Shown here piece after piece: positions 53,601-61,600 of a DNA stretch of 64,000 nt (its first letter is position 1; every line of letters begins with the position of its first letter). A model generated the notes under the pieces. That model made no database searches, had not been told where the DNA came from, and was given only the letters and a program-made list of their open reading frames with translations. The stretch spans positions 10,891 through 74,890 of the forward strand of contig DROQ01000134.1 in assembly GCA_011321845.1 (NCBI GenBank), given 5' to 3'. Source of the stretch: Planctomycetota bacterium (lineage in GTDB: Bacteria; Planctomycetota; UBA1135; GCA-002748355). The position numbers were made by a program, and so were the translations under genes.

Positions 53601-53705
53601 GACCAGGGTGGGTGCTTGGGAGAAGGACGGACTAGCCAGTGTGAGGGAGACCATGAGGGGCATACCGAGCTTTGAGATCGCTCTTGCTAGATGGGTTGTT
53701 GTCAT
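50610..53705 (-). CDS. Secreted ELWxxDGT repeat protein, paralog 1 (~17 repeats of ~48 aa plus the C-terminal Cys-pair module)
   Basis: GGAG sits 7 nt before the ATG at 53705 (the track start at 53717 is a TTG). Signal peptide ...MPLMVSLTLASPSFSQA. Repeats G.ELW(V/I)SDGT.AGT.(L/M)VKDI.PG...S.P..L...G.K..F.A.D. This is the ELWxxDGT repeat family of NCBIfam/TIGRFAMs. Confidence 0.9.
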   Translation of the reverse strand: MTTTHLARAISKLGMPLMVSLTLASPSFSQAPTLVKDINTQAINNPSSYPSGWTRVGPVVYFQASTPSTGTELFKTVGSSRSTVLVKDIQKGGMGSSPLYLTRLGSKILFSASEKTHGRELWISDGTSAGTKLMKDIWPGSKNSNPDILTSAGNKVFFVADDQISGRELWVSDGTRAGTRRVKDIFPGSHPSYPGDFTALGNKIIFRADDGIHGFELWVSDGTAKGTYMIKNIDGGAGSSHPIHLTRMGSKVYFAATDGVRGFELWVSDGTAAGTTLVKDIRPGPLYSAPRFLTTVGNKLYFQANDGVHGLELWVTDGTSAGTKMVKDIRSGLLGSLPHKLAAFGSKLLFRAFHPNSGRELWISDGTAAGTTLVKDIRTGKAGSNPDWITAFAPGKALFTANDGTNGTELWITDGTSAGTSLLKNIRPGSTGSLAFELFTSFGRVYLRANDGTHGLEPWVSNGTTVGTTLLKDLATNGNRSSHPSFLTDKFNQTIFVANDEIKGDELWTSNGTSAGTFLLKDIRPGFFGSKIGNLTQAGNRVFFRANDGLNGTELWATNGSRAGTAMVKDIRSGSLGSFPDELTAFGSWLLFKASDGTNGLEPWISDGTSAGTRMLKDIRSGANPSDPAGFYFWKGKIYFRANDGSNGSELWATDGTASGTRMVADINPGASSSSPGPFAAMGGKLYFRAYKSGLGSELWVTDGTSSGTALVKDLRPGSRGSDPLQLTAVGNKLFFTADGGTYGKELWVSNGKAAGTRMVKDIRPGFFTSAPTNLIALNGKLLFRAYDGINGHEIWVSDGTSGGTHLLKDISKGKESTYSYRYTRLGSRYVYFLAFNLASGSELWRTDGTSAGTVLVPEVRPGKASSAPDYMTLSRGQILMRATHPTKGAELFKYFPGANSKPVGHPCSTSATRFPTLAGTDPILGGTMNLRGAGAKPRAIGIQLQGVQVDPNAIPLPTLGASCMSYINLLSFWMPLSTFPVPASGTWTQNYPVPNTPTLKGVRIAYQTWYLILPALQWEMSNGVFSAFGN

Positions 53706-54095
53706 TGTTGACTCCAATGAAAAGAAGGGGAGATGCCTCGAAAAAGAGGCGGAGAAACAGCTCGACTCAGGTGGGTAGGAAAGAAGATTCCTTTACCCTT
53801 CGAAGGGTAGGGGGGGCCTCGGAATGATTTGGGAATCCTGAGAACGAAAGGAAAACAAAAGAGAAAACAAAAGATAGGGCAGCCCTTTCCAGGGAGAAAT
53901 CCTGGGGGAATGCCCAGGGGGAAAGATCCTTGAATCCGACACAGCCCTGAAGAGAACACTACAGACAGCCCTCCAAAAGGGATTCTGCCAGAATCTGTTT
54001 CTGGGCATGTGTTTTTCCCAAGCGCCAGGCGAGCGTTTGATGAGGAAGTTGCGGTGGGTGGGGGAGATTCTTCCAGAACATGCTGGAGAGTCTTC

Positions 54096-54124
54096 ATTGT
54101 GAGAAACAATGTGACATCCGTCAA
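54096..54124 (-). promoter_or_regulatory. Putative sigma70-type promoter of ELW paralog 1
   Basis: The minus strand reads TTGACG-N17-CACAAT (TTGACGGATGTCACATTGTTTCTCACAAT). A CATTGT-N5-ACAATG dyad overlaps the -10 element. The analogous element is present upstream of paralogs 2 and 3. Confidence 0.4.
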
Positions 54125-54193
54125 TAGCTGGATTTGGGGGGCTCGACGCGATCTGGAAGGGGGCAAGGGAGATCCGCCAAGGAATCTCGGCCG

Positions 54194-54229
54194 AAAAAAA
54201 AGCCCAGCTCCCTCGAAAAGGGGCTGGGC
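54194..54229 (-). terminator. Rho-independent terminator of ELW paralog 2
   Basis: The minus strand reads GCCCAGCCCC-TTTTCGA-GGGAGCTGGGC followed by T8, 42 nt after the stop at 54271. Confidence 0.8.
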
Positions 54230-54270
54230 CGATCCCTCAGGTTTCCCTGAGAGTGTTCCGCTCGGGAAAC

Positions 54271-57200
54271 TCAGTTTCCGAGGGCGCTGAAGACGCCGTT
54301 GCTCATCTCCCATTGAAGGGCGGGGAGGATGATGTACCAGGTCTGGAAAGCGACGCGGACGCCCTTGAGGGTGGCGTCATTGGGGACCGGGTAGTTCTGG
54401 GTCCAGTTTCCGGAGGCCGGGACGCCGAAGGTCGACAGGGGCATCCAGAAGGAGAGGAGGTTGATGTAGCTGTTGCAGCCCGCGCCCAGAGCGGTGAGGG
54501 GGATGGCGTTGAGATTGACGCCGGCTCCCAGGAGCTGGACGCCGACGGCGCCGGGCTTGGCACCCGCACCCCGGAGCTTCATGGTCCCGCCGATGACGGG
54601 ATCGGTGCCCATCAGGTGGGGACGGCGCGTCGCCGAGGTGCTGCAGGGGTGGCCAACCATCTTGGTGTTGGCTCCCGGGAAGAACTTGAAGGGCTCGGTT
54701 CCCTTGACAGGGTCCGTAGCCCGGAAGATCAGCATCCCGTTGGAGAGGACGAGTCCGCTCGGTGTGCTGCTGTTTGTCCCGGGCCTGATGTCTGCGACAA
54801 GGGAGGTCCCCGCGGTCGTTCCATCGGTCTTCCAAAGCTCGGTTCCCGTTGTGGCATCCCTCGCCACGAAGAATCCGAAGCGAGAGCCGGTCGTGAGGAA
54901 GTTAAAGGGGAAGGAACTCGAGGAACCGGAGTAGATGTCCTTGAGGAGGGTCGTCCCCGCCGATGTGCCGTCCGAGATCCAAGGCTCGGTTCCCTTGGTC
55001 CCGTCGTTGGCCCGGAACAGGAGCTTTCCGTTCAGGTCCCCAAGGATGGTGATGCTTGAGCTGAAAGAGCCGGCGCGGATGTCTTTGACCATCTTGGTTC
55101 CCGTGGAGGTTCCATCGCTGACCCAAAGCTCAGAGCCGTTGGTTCCGTCGTTCGCGACGAAGAAGACCTTTCCCCCGGAGGCAGTCAGGGAGGAAGGGAA
55201 GCTGCTCAAGGACCCGGGGCGGATATCCTTGACCTGTGCCGTCCCTGTGCCGGTCCCGTCCGTGGCCCAAAGCTCAGTTCCCGCACCTGACTTGAAGGCC
55301 CGGAAGAAAAGCTTGTTCCCATTGGCGGTCAGATTCGAGGGCGAGGAGCTGGAAGAGCCCGGGTTGATGTCGGCGACCATGGTGGTTCCAGTGGCCGTTC
55401 CGTCCGTTTTCCACAGTTCCGTCCCTTTGAGTCCGTCATTGGCCGTGAAGAAGAGCATGCCCTTGAAGGAAACAAAGTTGCTCGGGAAGCTGCTGAAAAC
55501 GCCGGATCGAATGTCCTTGACCAGGACGGTTCCAGCAGCGGTTCCATCCGAAATCCAAAGCTCCGAACCCTTGGTGCCGTCGGAAGCCCGGAAGAGGACC
55601 TTGTCACCCATCGGGGTCAGGAAGCTGGGGAAGCTACTGAGGGATCCAGGCCGGATATCCTTGACCAATTTCGTCCCTGCCGGTGTTCCATCACTGACCC
55701 AAAGCTCGGTCCCGTTCGTCGTATCGAATGCCCGGAAGAACATCTTGTTTCCTGCCAGGACGAAATTGGAGGGAGAGGAACTCAGGCTGCCCGTGCGGAT
55801 GTCTTTGAGCATTTTTGTTCCCGCCGCGCTTCCATCCGTGATATAGAGCTCGGTTCCGGAGACCCCGTCATTCGCCGAGAAGAGGCTCCGGTTGAACTTA
55901 TCCGTGAAGCCGAAGGGGAAGGAGGAGCTTGTTCCACCCGCGTTTCCGTTGAGGTCTTTGACAAGCTTGGTCCCCGAAGAGGTCCCATCTGTGATCCAGG
56001 GCTCGCTCCCCACGACGCTGTCATTGGCGCTGAAGTAAGCTTTTCCGAAAACGGCGTGGAAGCCGAAGGGGAAGGAGCTGAAGGATCCAGCGCGAATGTC
56101 CTTGAGAAGGCTAGTCCCCGCTGCAGTCCCATCTGTGACATAGAGTTCTGTTCCCGTAGTGCTGTCGGAAGCCGTGAAGACCATCTTGCTGGCGGACAAG
56201 GCTGTAAAATTCCGGGGGGAGGAGCTACTGGAACCGGAGCGGATGTCTTTGAGGAGAGTGGTCCCAGCGGCGGTTCCATCGGAAATCCAAAGCTCGGATC
56301 CTGCGGTCGAGGTGAAGGCTCTGAAGACAAATTTGCTGCCTAGGGCCGTCATGCCGAAGGGAGAGGAACTTCCCGAACCCGAACGAATATCCTTGACGAG
56401 CTTGGTTCCTGAGATTGTTCCATCCGTGACCCAGAGTTCCCGGCCGTTCGTGGAATCGAAGGCAGAGAAATAGATCTTGCTCCCGATCCGGGAAAAGGAG
56501 CTGGGGGAGGAGCTTCCTGATCCCGCCTGGATGTTTTTCAGAAGAGAAGTCCCCACAGCGGTTCCATCCGTGATCCAAAGCTCGGTACCATTGGTCCCGT
56601 CATTGGCGCTGAAGACGACTTTGCTTCCCAAAGTCGTAAAGTTGAAGGGGAAGGAGCTGAATGGACCTGAGCGAACGTCCTTGAGAAGAGTCGTTCCGGC
56701 TGCCGTTCCATCCGAGACCCAGGGCTCGGTGCCATTGGTCCCATCATTGGCGCGGAAGATGACTTTGGAGCCGACCGCGGTCAGACCAAAGATCGAGGAA
56801 CTGGACGCTCCCGCCCGGATGTCTTTGACCAACTTTGTCCCAGCAGTGGTCCCATCGGTGACCCAAAGTTCAGCTCCATTGATTCCATCGTTAGCAATGA
56901 AGAAGACCTTGGTCCCGGCAACGACCATCCCGAAGGGGCTGGAGGAGTTTGCGCCCGGTCGGATGTCTTTGAGCAAGGTCGTTCCAGCGCTGGTTCCATC
57001 GGAAATCCAGAGTTCACGGCCTTTGGTGGGTCCGAAGGCGCTGAAAAGGATTTTGGTTCCCAAAACAACGAGGCTGCTGGGAGAGGAACTGGAGCTTCCC
57101 GAGCGGATGTCCTTGACGAGGGTCGTGCTTGCTGGGGTCCCTATCGTTCGAAACAGTTCGGTCCCGGTTGTGCTGGTGAAAGCGGAAAAATAGGTGAGAG

Positions 57201-57390
57201 GACCGATATTTACGAAATTCCTCGGAGAGGAGGAAGGATTGGGAAGAGGTTTGGTGTTGATGTCCTTGATCAGGGCTGGCCCCTGGGAACTCGCGGTTCC
57301 CGGAAGAAAGAGGGCTACCCCCAAGGAAAGGGCACTTAGAAGAGGTACATAGAATTCCCGGATACCCCGGCGGAAAGATGGCTCTACCAT
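54271..57390 (-). CDS. Secreted ELWxxDGT repeat protein, paralog 2
   Basis: TTGGAGTAAACAATG start context, conserved with paralog 1. Signal peptide ...LLSALSLGVALFLPGTASSQG. About 17 ELW..DGT repeats. C-terminal module ...GHPCSTSATRRP...ALGAGCNSYINLLSFWMPLSTF...QWEMSNGVFSALGN. Confidence 0.9.
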   Translation of the reverse strand: MVEPSFRRGIREFYVPLLSALSLGVALFLPGTASSQGPALIKDINTKPLPNPSSSPRNFVNIGPLTYFSAFTSTTGTELFRTIGTPASTTLVKDIRSGSSSSSPSSLVVLGTKILFSAFGPTKGRELWISDGTSAGTTLLKDIRPGANSSSPFGMVVAGTKVFFIANDGINGAELWVTDGTTAGTKLVKDIRAGASSSSIFGLTAVGSKVIFRANDGTNGTEPWVSDGTAAGTTLLKDVRSGPFSSFPFNFTTLGSKVVFSANDGTNGTELWITDGTAVGTSLLKNIQAGSGSSSPSSFSRIGSKIYFSAFDSTNGRELWVTDGTISGTKLVKDIRSGSGSSSPFGMTALGSKFVFRAFTSTAGSELWISDGTAAGTTLLKDIRSGSSSSSPRNFTALSASKMVFTASDSTTGTELYVTDGTAAGTSLLKDIRAGSFSSFPFGFHAVFGKAYFSANDSVVGSEPWITDGTSSGTKLVKDLNGNAGGTSSSFPFGFTDKFNRSLFSANDGVSGTELYITDGSAAGTKMLKDIRTGSLSSSPSNFVLAGNKMFFRAFDTTNGTELWVSDGTPAGTKLVKDIRPGSLSSFPSFLTPMGDKVLFRASDGTKGSELWISDGTAAGTVLVKDIRSGVFSSFPSNFVSFKGMLFFTANDGLKGTELWKTDGTATGTTMVADINPGSSSSSPSNLTANGNKLFFRAFKSGAGTELWATDGTGTGTAQVKDIRPGSLSSFPSSLTASGGKVFFVANDGTNGSELWVSDGTSTGTKMVKDIRAGSFSSSITILGDLNGKLLFRANDGTKGTEPWISDGTSAGTTLLKDIYSGSSSSFPFNFLTTGSRFGFFVARDATTGTELWKTDGTTAGTSLVADIRPGTNSSTPSGLVLSNGMLIFRATDPVKGTEPFKFFPGANTKMVGHPCSTSATRRPHLMGTDPVIGGTMKLRGAGAKPGAVGVQLLGAGVNLNAIPLTALGAGCNSYINLLSFWMPLSTFGVPASGNWTQNYPVPNDATLKGVRVAFQTWYIILPALQWEMSNGVFSALGN

Positions 57391-57641
57391 TGTTTACTCC
57401 AATGAAGGGATTTGGAAAACCTCGGAAGGAGGTCATGAAAAAGAAGAGAGTCCGATTTCTTTGGAGGAAACCCGCGGGAAAAAACCGGTGAGGGTCCCCT
57501 GGGAATCGAACATTGTCCTTTGCAGAGGAGTGTTGGTAGAAAATGGGTCCAAACCTCTTCTCCAAAGCCCTGGTCAGGATTCAGGTTCAAAAAAGAAGGT
57601 TGGTGTGAGAGGTTGGTTCAGGAAGTCCCTGAAGAACCTCC

Positions 57642-57670
57642 ATTCTGGGAAAAAAAGCTGTTTCCGTCAA
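57642..57670 (-). promoter_or_regulatory. Putative sigma70-type promoter of ELW paralog 2
   Basis: The minus strand reads TTGACG-N17-CAGAAT (TTGACGGAAACAGCTTTTTTTCCCAGAAT). Confidence 0.4.
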
Positions 57671-57813
57671 CGACCGTGTTTGGGGAAGGATTTCCTGGTC
57701 GCATATCCACCTGGAAGGATTCCCACAGGTCTTCCTCTTTCGATCAAGACGTTCGGTCAAGATGATTGAGGGGATCGGGGCGACAAGGGGCCGATCGAGG
57801 AAAACCTGCCAAG

Positions 57814-57846
57814 AAAAAGCCCAGCCCCTTCAGGAAGGGGCTGGGC
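57814..57846 (-). terminator. Rho-independent terminator of ELW paralog 3
   Basis: Perfect 12-bp stem GCCCAGCCCCTT-CCTG-AAGGGGCTGGGC followed by TTTTT on the minus strand. Confidence 0.85.
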
Positions 57847-57886
57847 GGATCCACTTGGTGTCACCGAAGGTTTTCCGCTCGGAAAC

Positions 57887-60800
57887 TCAATTCCCGAGAG
57901 TGCTGAAGACTCCGTTGCTCATCTCAAAGGCAACGGGGGAGAGGAGGATGTACCAGGTCTGGAAGCCGACATGGATCCCCTTGAGGGAGGGATCGTTGGA
58001 GATGGTGTAATTCCGGGTCCAGGAGCCGGTGGGGGAGACGTTGAACGTGGATATGGGCATATAGAAGGCGTTCGGGTTGATGTAGCTCATACAATTGGGG
58101 CTGAGGGGCGGGATGGGGGAGGCGTTGTTGTTCACCTGGACTCCCAGGAGTTGGATGGCGACCGCGCCGGGTTTGGCACCCTTGCCGTGAAGGCTCATTG
58201 TGCTTCCGATGACTGGGTCGGTGCCGACCAGGATCGGGAAGCGGGTCGCAGACGTGCTGCAGGGATGGCCGACGGGCTTGCTGTTGGCGCCGGGGAAGTA
58301 TTTGAAGAGTTCGGAGCCCTTGGTTGGGTGCGTGGCCTGCATCATGAGTTGACCGTTGGAGAGCACCAAGTTGTTGGGGGAGCTGCTGGCACTTCCAGGC
58401 CGTACCTCGGGAACCAGGATGGTTCCTGCTGGGGTTCCATCCGTCCTCCAGAGCTCCTTTCCGTTCGTGGGATTCGTGGCTGAGAAGAAGATGTAGCGGG
58501 AACCTTTTCGGGTGAACTGGGAGGGATAGGAAGAGCCTGAACCGCTGGAGATGTCCTTCAGGAGGCTGGTCCCGGTGGAGGTTCCATCGGAGACCCAAGG
58601 CTCGAAGCCGTTGGTCCCATCACTTGCGCGGAAAACGAGCTTGCCGTTCAATGCGGTGAGATAGGAGGGAGATGAGGAGGAGGATCCACTGCGGATGTCC
58701 TTGACCAACATCGTTCCGGCGGCTGTGCCGTTGGAGACCCAAAGTTCGGTGCCCTTGGTCCCATCGTTTGCGGTGAAGAAAAGTTTGTTTCCAATCGCCG
58801 TGAGGAAGGAGGGGGTGGAACCGGAGGTTCCGGAACGGATGTCCTTGACCATCGTGGTTCCCGTGGAGGTTCCGTCTGTCACCCAGAGTTCGTATCCTGC
58901 TCCTGTCTTTTTGGCCCGGAAGTAGAGCTTGCCACCCATGGCCGCAAAATAGGAGGGGTTGGAGCTGGCGGAGCCCGGGTTGATATTGGACACCATGGTG
59001 GTCCCCGCGGTCGTCCCATCGGTGACCCAGAGCTCGGTGCCGTTGGAGCTGTCGTAGGCGGAGAAGTAGACCTTACCCTTCCAGAGGTAGAAGCCGCTGG
59101 GATAGCTGCTGAAGGACCCCGAACGAATATCCTTGAGTATCATGGTCCCGGTCACGGTTCCATCGCTGATCCAGAGCTCGTAGCCTTTGGTGCCATCGTT
59201 GGCCCTGAAGAGGATCTTGTTTCCGAAGGCGAACAGGTTCGAAGGACTGCTGCTGGAGGCTCCAGGGTTGATGTTCTTGACCATGGCCGTGCCGGCGGGG
59301 GTCCCGTTGGTGGCCCAAAGCTCGTAGCCGTTGACCCCGTCATTGGCGCGGAAGAAGACCCGGTTTCCTACAATGGTAAGATAGTTGGGGCTCGAGCCGG
59401 AGGAGCCTGCCCGGATATCCTTGAGGAGGGCGGTCCCTGCTGTGGTTCCATTGGAGGCCCAGAGTTCGGTTCCATGGATTCCATCGTTGGCCACGAAAAC
59501 CGTTCGGTTGAACTTGTCGGTAAGGTTGGTGGGAATGGAGCTGGCGGTTTTGCCTAAAGTGTTCGCAATGTCTTTCAGAAGCGTGGTCCCTGCGGCGGTG
59601 CCGTTTGTCACCCAGGGCTCATAGCCGTGGGTCCCGTCATTGGCCCGGAAGTAAACCTTGCCAAATGCAGCGAAGAGATAGAAGGGGGAGGAACTGAGGC
59701 TGCCGGAACGGATGTCCTTGAGCAGGCTGGTCCCAGCGCTCGTTCCGTCGGTAACCCAAACCTCGTTCCCCTTCGTGCCGTCATTCGCTGTGAAAACCGC
59801 CTTGCTGGTTGAAATCGGGGTGATCCAATTCAGATTGGGACTGAAGCTTCCTGTGCGGATCTCCTTAACCAAGGTGGTTCCGGTCCCGGTGCCGTCACTG
59901 ATCCAGAGCTCGGAGCCATGGGTGGTGTCTCTCGCCTGGAAGAGGAGCTTGGAGCCAAAGGCGGTGAGCCGGCTGGGGTCGGAGCCGAAAGATCCGCTGC
60001 GGATGTCCTTGACCAGGACCGTTCCAGCACTTGTCCCGTTGGTGACCCAGAGCTCGTTCCCCGTGGTTCCATCGTTTGCCTGGAAGTAGACCTTGCTCCC
60101 GACCCTTACCAGGTTGCTGGGGTAGGAGCTTAAAGATCCGCTGCGGATGTTCTTGACCAGTACCGTTCCAGCGCTTGTCCCGTCGGTGGCCCAGAGCTCG
60201 GTGCCGGTGGCCGGGGAAGAAGCGGAAAAGTAGACCTTGGAACCCATGACTGCCATGTAAGCAGGATTGGAGCCAGGCGATCCCGCATAGATGTCCTTGA
60301 CCATGGTGGTCCCGGCGGAAGTGCCATCCGAGATCCAAAGCTCCTTGCCCTTCGTGCCGTCGTTGGCGCGGAAGAGGATTTTGTTTCCGAATGGAGTGAT
60401 GTTGGAGGGGAAGGAACCACTTGGACCGGAATAGATGTTCTTGACCATCGTGGTCCCCGCGGAGGTCCCGTCGGTCACCCAGAGTTCGTAGCCGTTGATT
60501 CCATCGTTGGCGACGAAGAAAACTTTGCCTCCTGCGGCTGTTAGGTTGTAGGGCGAAGAACTCGGTGAGCCTGAACGAATGTCCTTGACCATCGAGGTTC
60601 CCGCTGAGGTTCCGTCGGTGATCCACAGTTCCTGCCCGTTGGTTGTATTCCTAGCAACGAAGACAACCTTGCTTCCCAACCTGGTGAGGTAGGAGGGGTT
60701 GGAACCGGAGGTTCCGGACCGGATGTCCTTGACCAGGACCGTGGACGCGGAGGACCCACCTGTCTTAAAGAGTTCGCTCCCAGTGGTGGGAGTCGAAGCC

Positions 60801-60988
60801 TTGAAATAAACGACCGGCCCGATGTTCACCCAGTTCGAGGGATAGGAGGAGGGGTTGGGGAGAGGTTGCGTGTTGATGTCCTTGACCAGGGTTGGTGCCT
60901 GGCCCAAAGAAAGGCTACCCAGCGCGAGGGAGGCCAAGAGAGACAAGCCGAGCTTGGGCATTGTTTTGGAGGATGTGATTTTTTTCAT
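57887..60988 (-). CDS. Secreted ELWxxDGT repeat protein, paralog 3
   Basis: Signal peptide MKKITSSKTMPKLGLSLLASLALGSLSLGQA. About 17 repeats. C-terminal module. Visibly closest in sequence to paralog 4 across the shared region. Confidence 0.9.
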   Translation of the reverse strand: MKKITSSKTMPKLGLSLLASLALGSLSLGQAPTLVKDINTQPLPNPSSYPSNWVNIGPVVYFKASTPTTGSELFKTGGSSASTVLVKDIRSGTSGSNPSYLTRLGSKVVFVARNTTNGQELWITDGTSAGTSMVKDIRSGSPSSSPYNLTAAGGKVFFVANDGINGYELWVTDGTSAGTTMVKNIYSGPSGSFPSNITPFGNKILFRANDGTKGKELWISDGTSAGTTMVKDIYAGSPGSNPAYMAVMGSKVYFSASSPATGTELWATDGTSAGTVLVKNIRSGSLSSYPSNLVRVGSKVYFQANDGTTGNELWVTNGTSAGTVLVKDIRSGSFGSDPSRLTAFGSKLLFQARDTTHGSELWISDGTGTGTTLVKEIRTGSFSPNLNWITPISTSKAVFTANDGTKGNEVWVTDGTSAGTSLLKDIRSGSLSSSPFYLFAAFGKVYFRANDGTHGYEPWVTNGTAAGTTLLKDIANTLGKTASSIPTNLTDKFNRTVFVANDGIHGTELWASNGTTAGTALLKDIRAGSSGSSPNYLTIVGNRVFFRANDGVNGYELWATNGTPAGTAMVKNINPGASSSSPSNLFAFGNKILFRANDGTKGYELWISDGTVTGTMILKDIRSGSFSSYPSGFYLWKGKVYFSAYDSSNGTELWVTDGTTAGTTMVSNINPGSASSNPSYFAAMGGKLYFRAKKTGAGYELWVTDGTSTGTTMVKDIRSGTSGSTPSFLTAIGNKLFFTANDGTKGTELWVSNGTAAGTMLVKDIRSGSSSSSPSYLTALNGKLVFRASDGTNGFEPWVSDGTSTGTSLLKDISSGSGSSYPSQFTRKGSRYIFFSATNPTNGKELWRTDGTPAGTILVPEVRPGSASSSPNNLVLSNGQLMMQATHPTKGSELFKYFPGANSKPVGHPCSTSATRFPILVGTDPVIGSTMSLHGKGAKPGAVAIQLLGVQVNNNASPIPPLSPNCMSYINPNAFYMPISTFNVSPTGSWTRNYTISNDPSLKGIHVGFQTWYILLSPVAFEMSNGVFSTLGN

Positions 60989-61319
60989 TGGTCGCTCCGA
61001 AAAAAAGGGTGGAAAGAAGCCTCCGGAAAGAGACGCGAAAAAAAACTAAAAAAATGCCAAGCTGGATGAAGATCCCTTCACCCTGTGAAGGGACTGAGAC
61101 ATTCCCAGGAGGAGGCGAAAAAAGGCCTCATTTCAAAGAGGTAATTTCTTGGGGCTCGGGGACATCTATCCTGGAATCGAACCCAGCATTTTTTTGATTT
61201 GCGAACGTTGGAAAAAAGGGTCCTGGCCTTCCTGCCTATCCCCTAGCAATGATCTGGAGGCGAACTTCAAAGGAAACGCTTAGGGTGGGGTAAACCTAGG
61301 GAAAAGCCATGAAACCCAC

Positions 61320-61347
61320 ATTTTGAGAAAAAAAAGAATGATGTCAA
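61320..61347 (-). promoter_or_regulatory. Putative sigma70-type promoter of ELW paralog 3
   Basis: The minus strand reads TTGACA-N16-CAAAAT (TTGACATCATTCTTTTTTTTCTCAAAAT). Confidence 0.4.
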
Positions 61348-61492
61348 GGACCCGATTCGCCGCAGGGTTTTCTTCGTCGCTCATCTGGGGGGAGGGTGGA
61401 GATCACCTTTTTCCCTCCGACAGGGCAAGGAGGGGGCGAGGCCAAGAGGAAAGAGGAGGAAAGGGGCTAAGGGTAAGGGGGAATCAGCCAAG

Positions 61493-61526
61493 AAAAAAGC
61501 CCAGCCCCTTCAGGAAGGGGCTGGGC
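61493..61526 (-). terminator. Rho-independent terminator of ELW paralog 4
   Basis: The stem-loop sequence is identical to that of the paralog 3 terminator (GCCCAGCCCCTTCCTGAAGGGGCTGGGC), followed by T6. Confidence 0.85.
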
Positions 61527-61600
61527 GGATACCTCAGGGGATCCTGAGGGTTTTCAGCTCGGATCCCTCAGGGAATCCTGAGGGATTCCGCTCGGAAAAC

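Noticed and set aside
51327-53675. 782-aa plus-strand ORF opposite ELW paralog 1. Analogous cases are 54253-55059, 54935-55846, 56477-57193 and 61685-63271.
   Set aside because: These mirror-frame ORFs are kept open by the repetitive GC-rich coding sequence on the other strand. The minus frames carry the ELWxxDGT repeats, signal peptides and terminators.
61041-61060. Sigma54-like TGGCAT upstream of ELW paralog 3
   Set aside because: The -12 position reads AGT rather than TGC, and the element is not present upstream of paralogs 1 and 2. The TTGAC(G/A)/CA.AAT element is conserved in all three.
61170-61187. tRNA T-arm-like motif (minus strand GGGTTCGATTCCAGG) in the paralog 3 leader, and a similar GTTCGATTCCCAGG at 57497-57515
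   Set aside because: The flanking sequence does not form a T stem (CTGGG versus CCAGG mismatch), and no acceptor, D or anticodon arms can be drawn. It is most likely a motif inherited by duplication of the leaders. I kept it only as a note within the leader finding.
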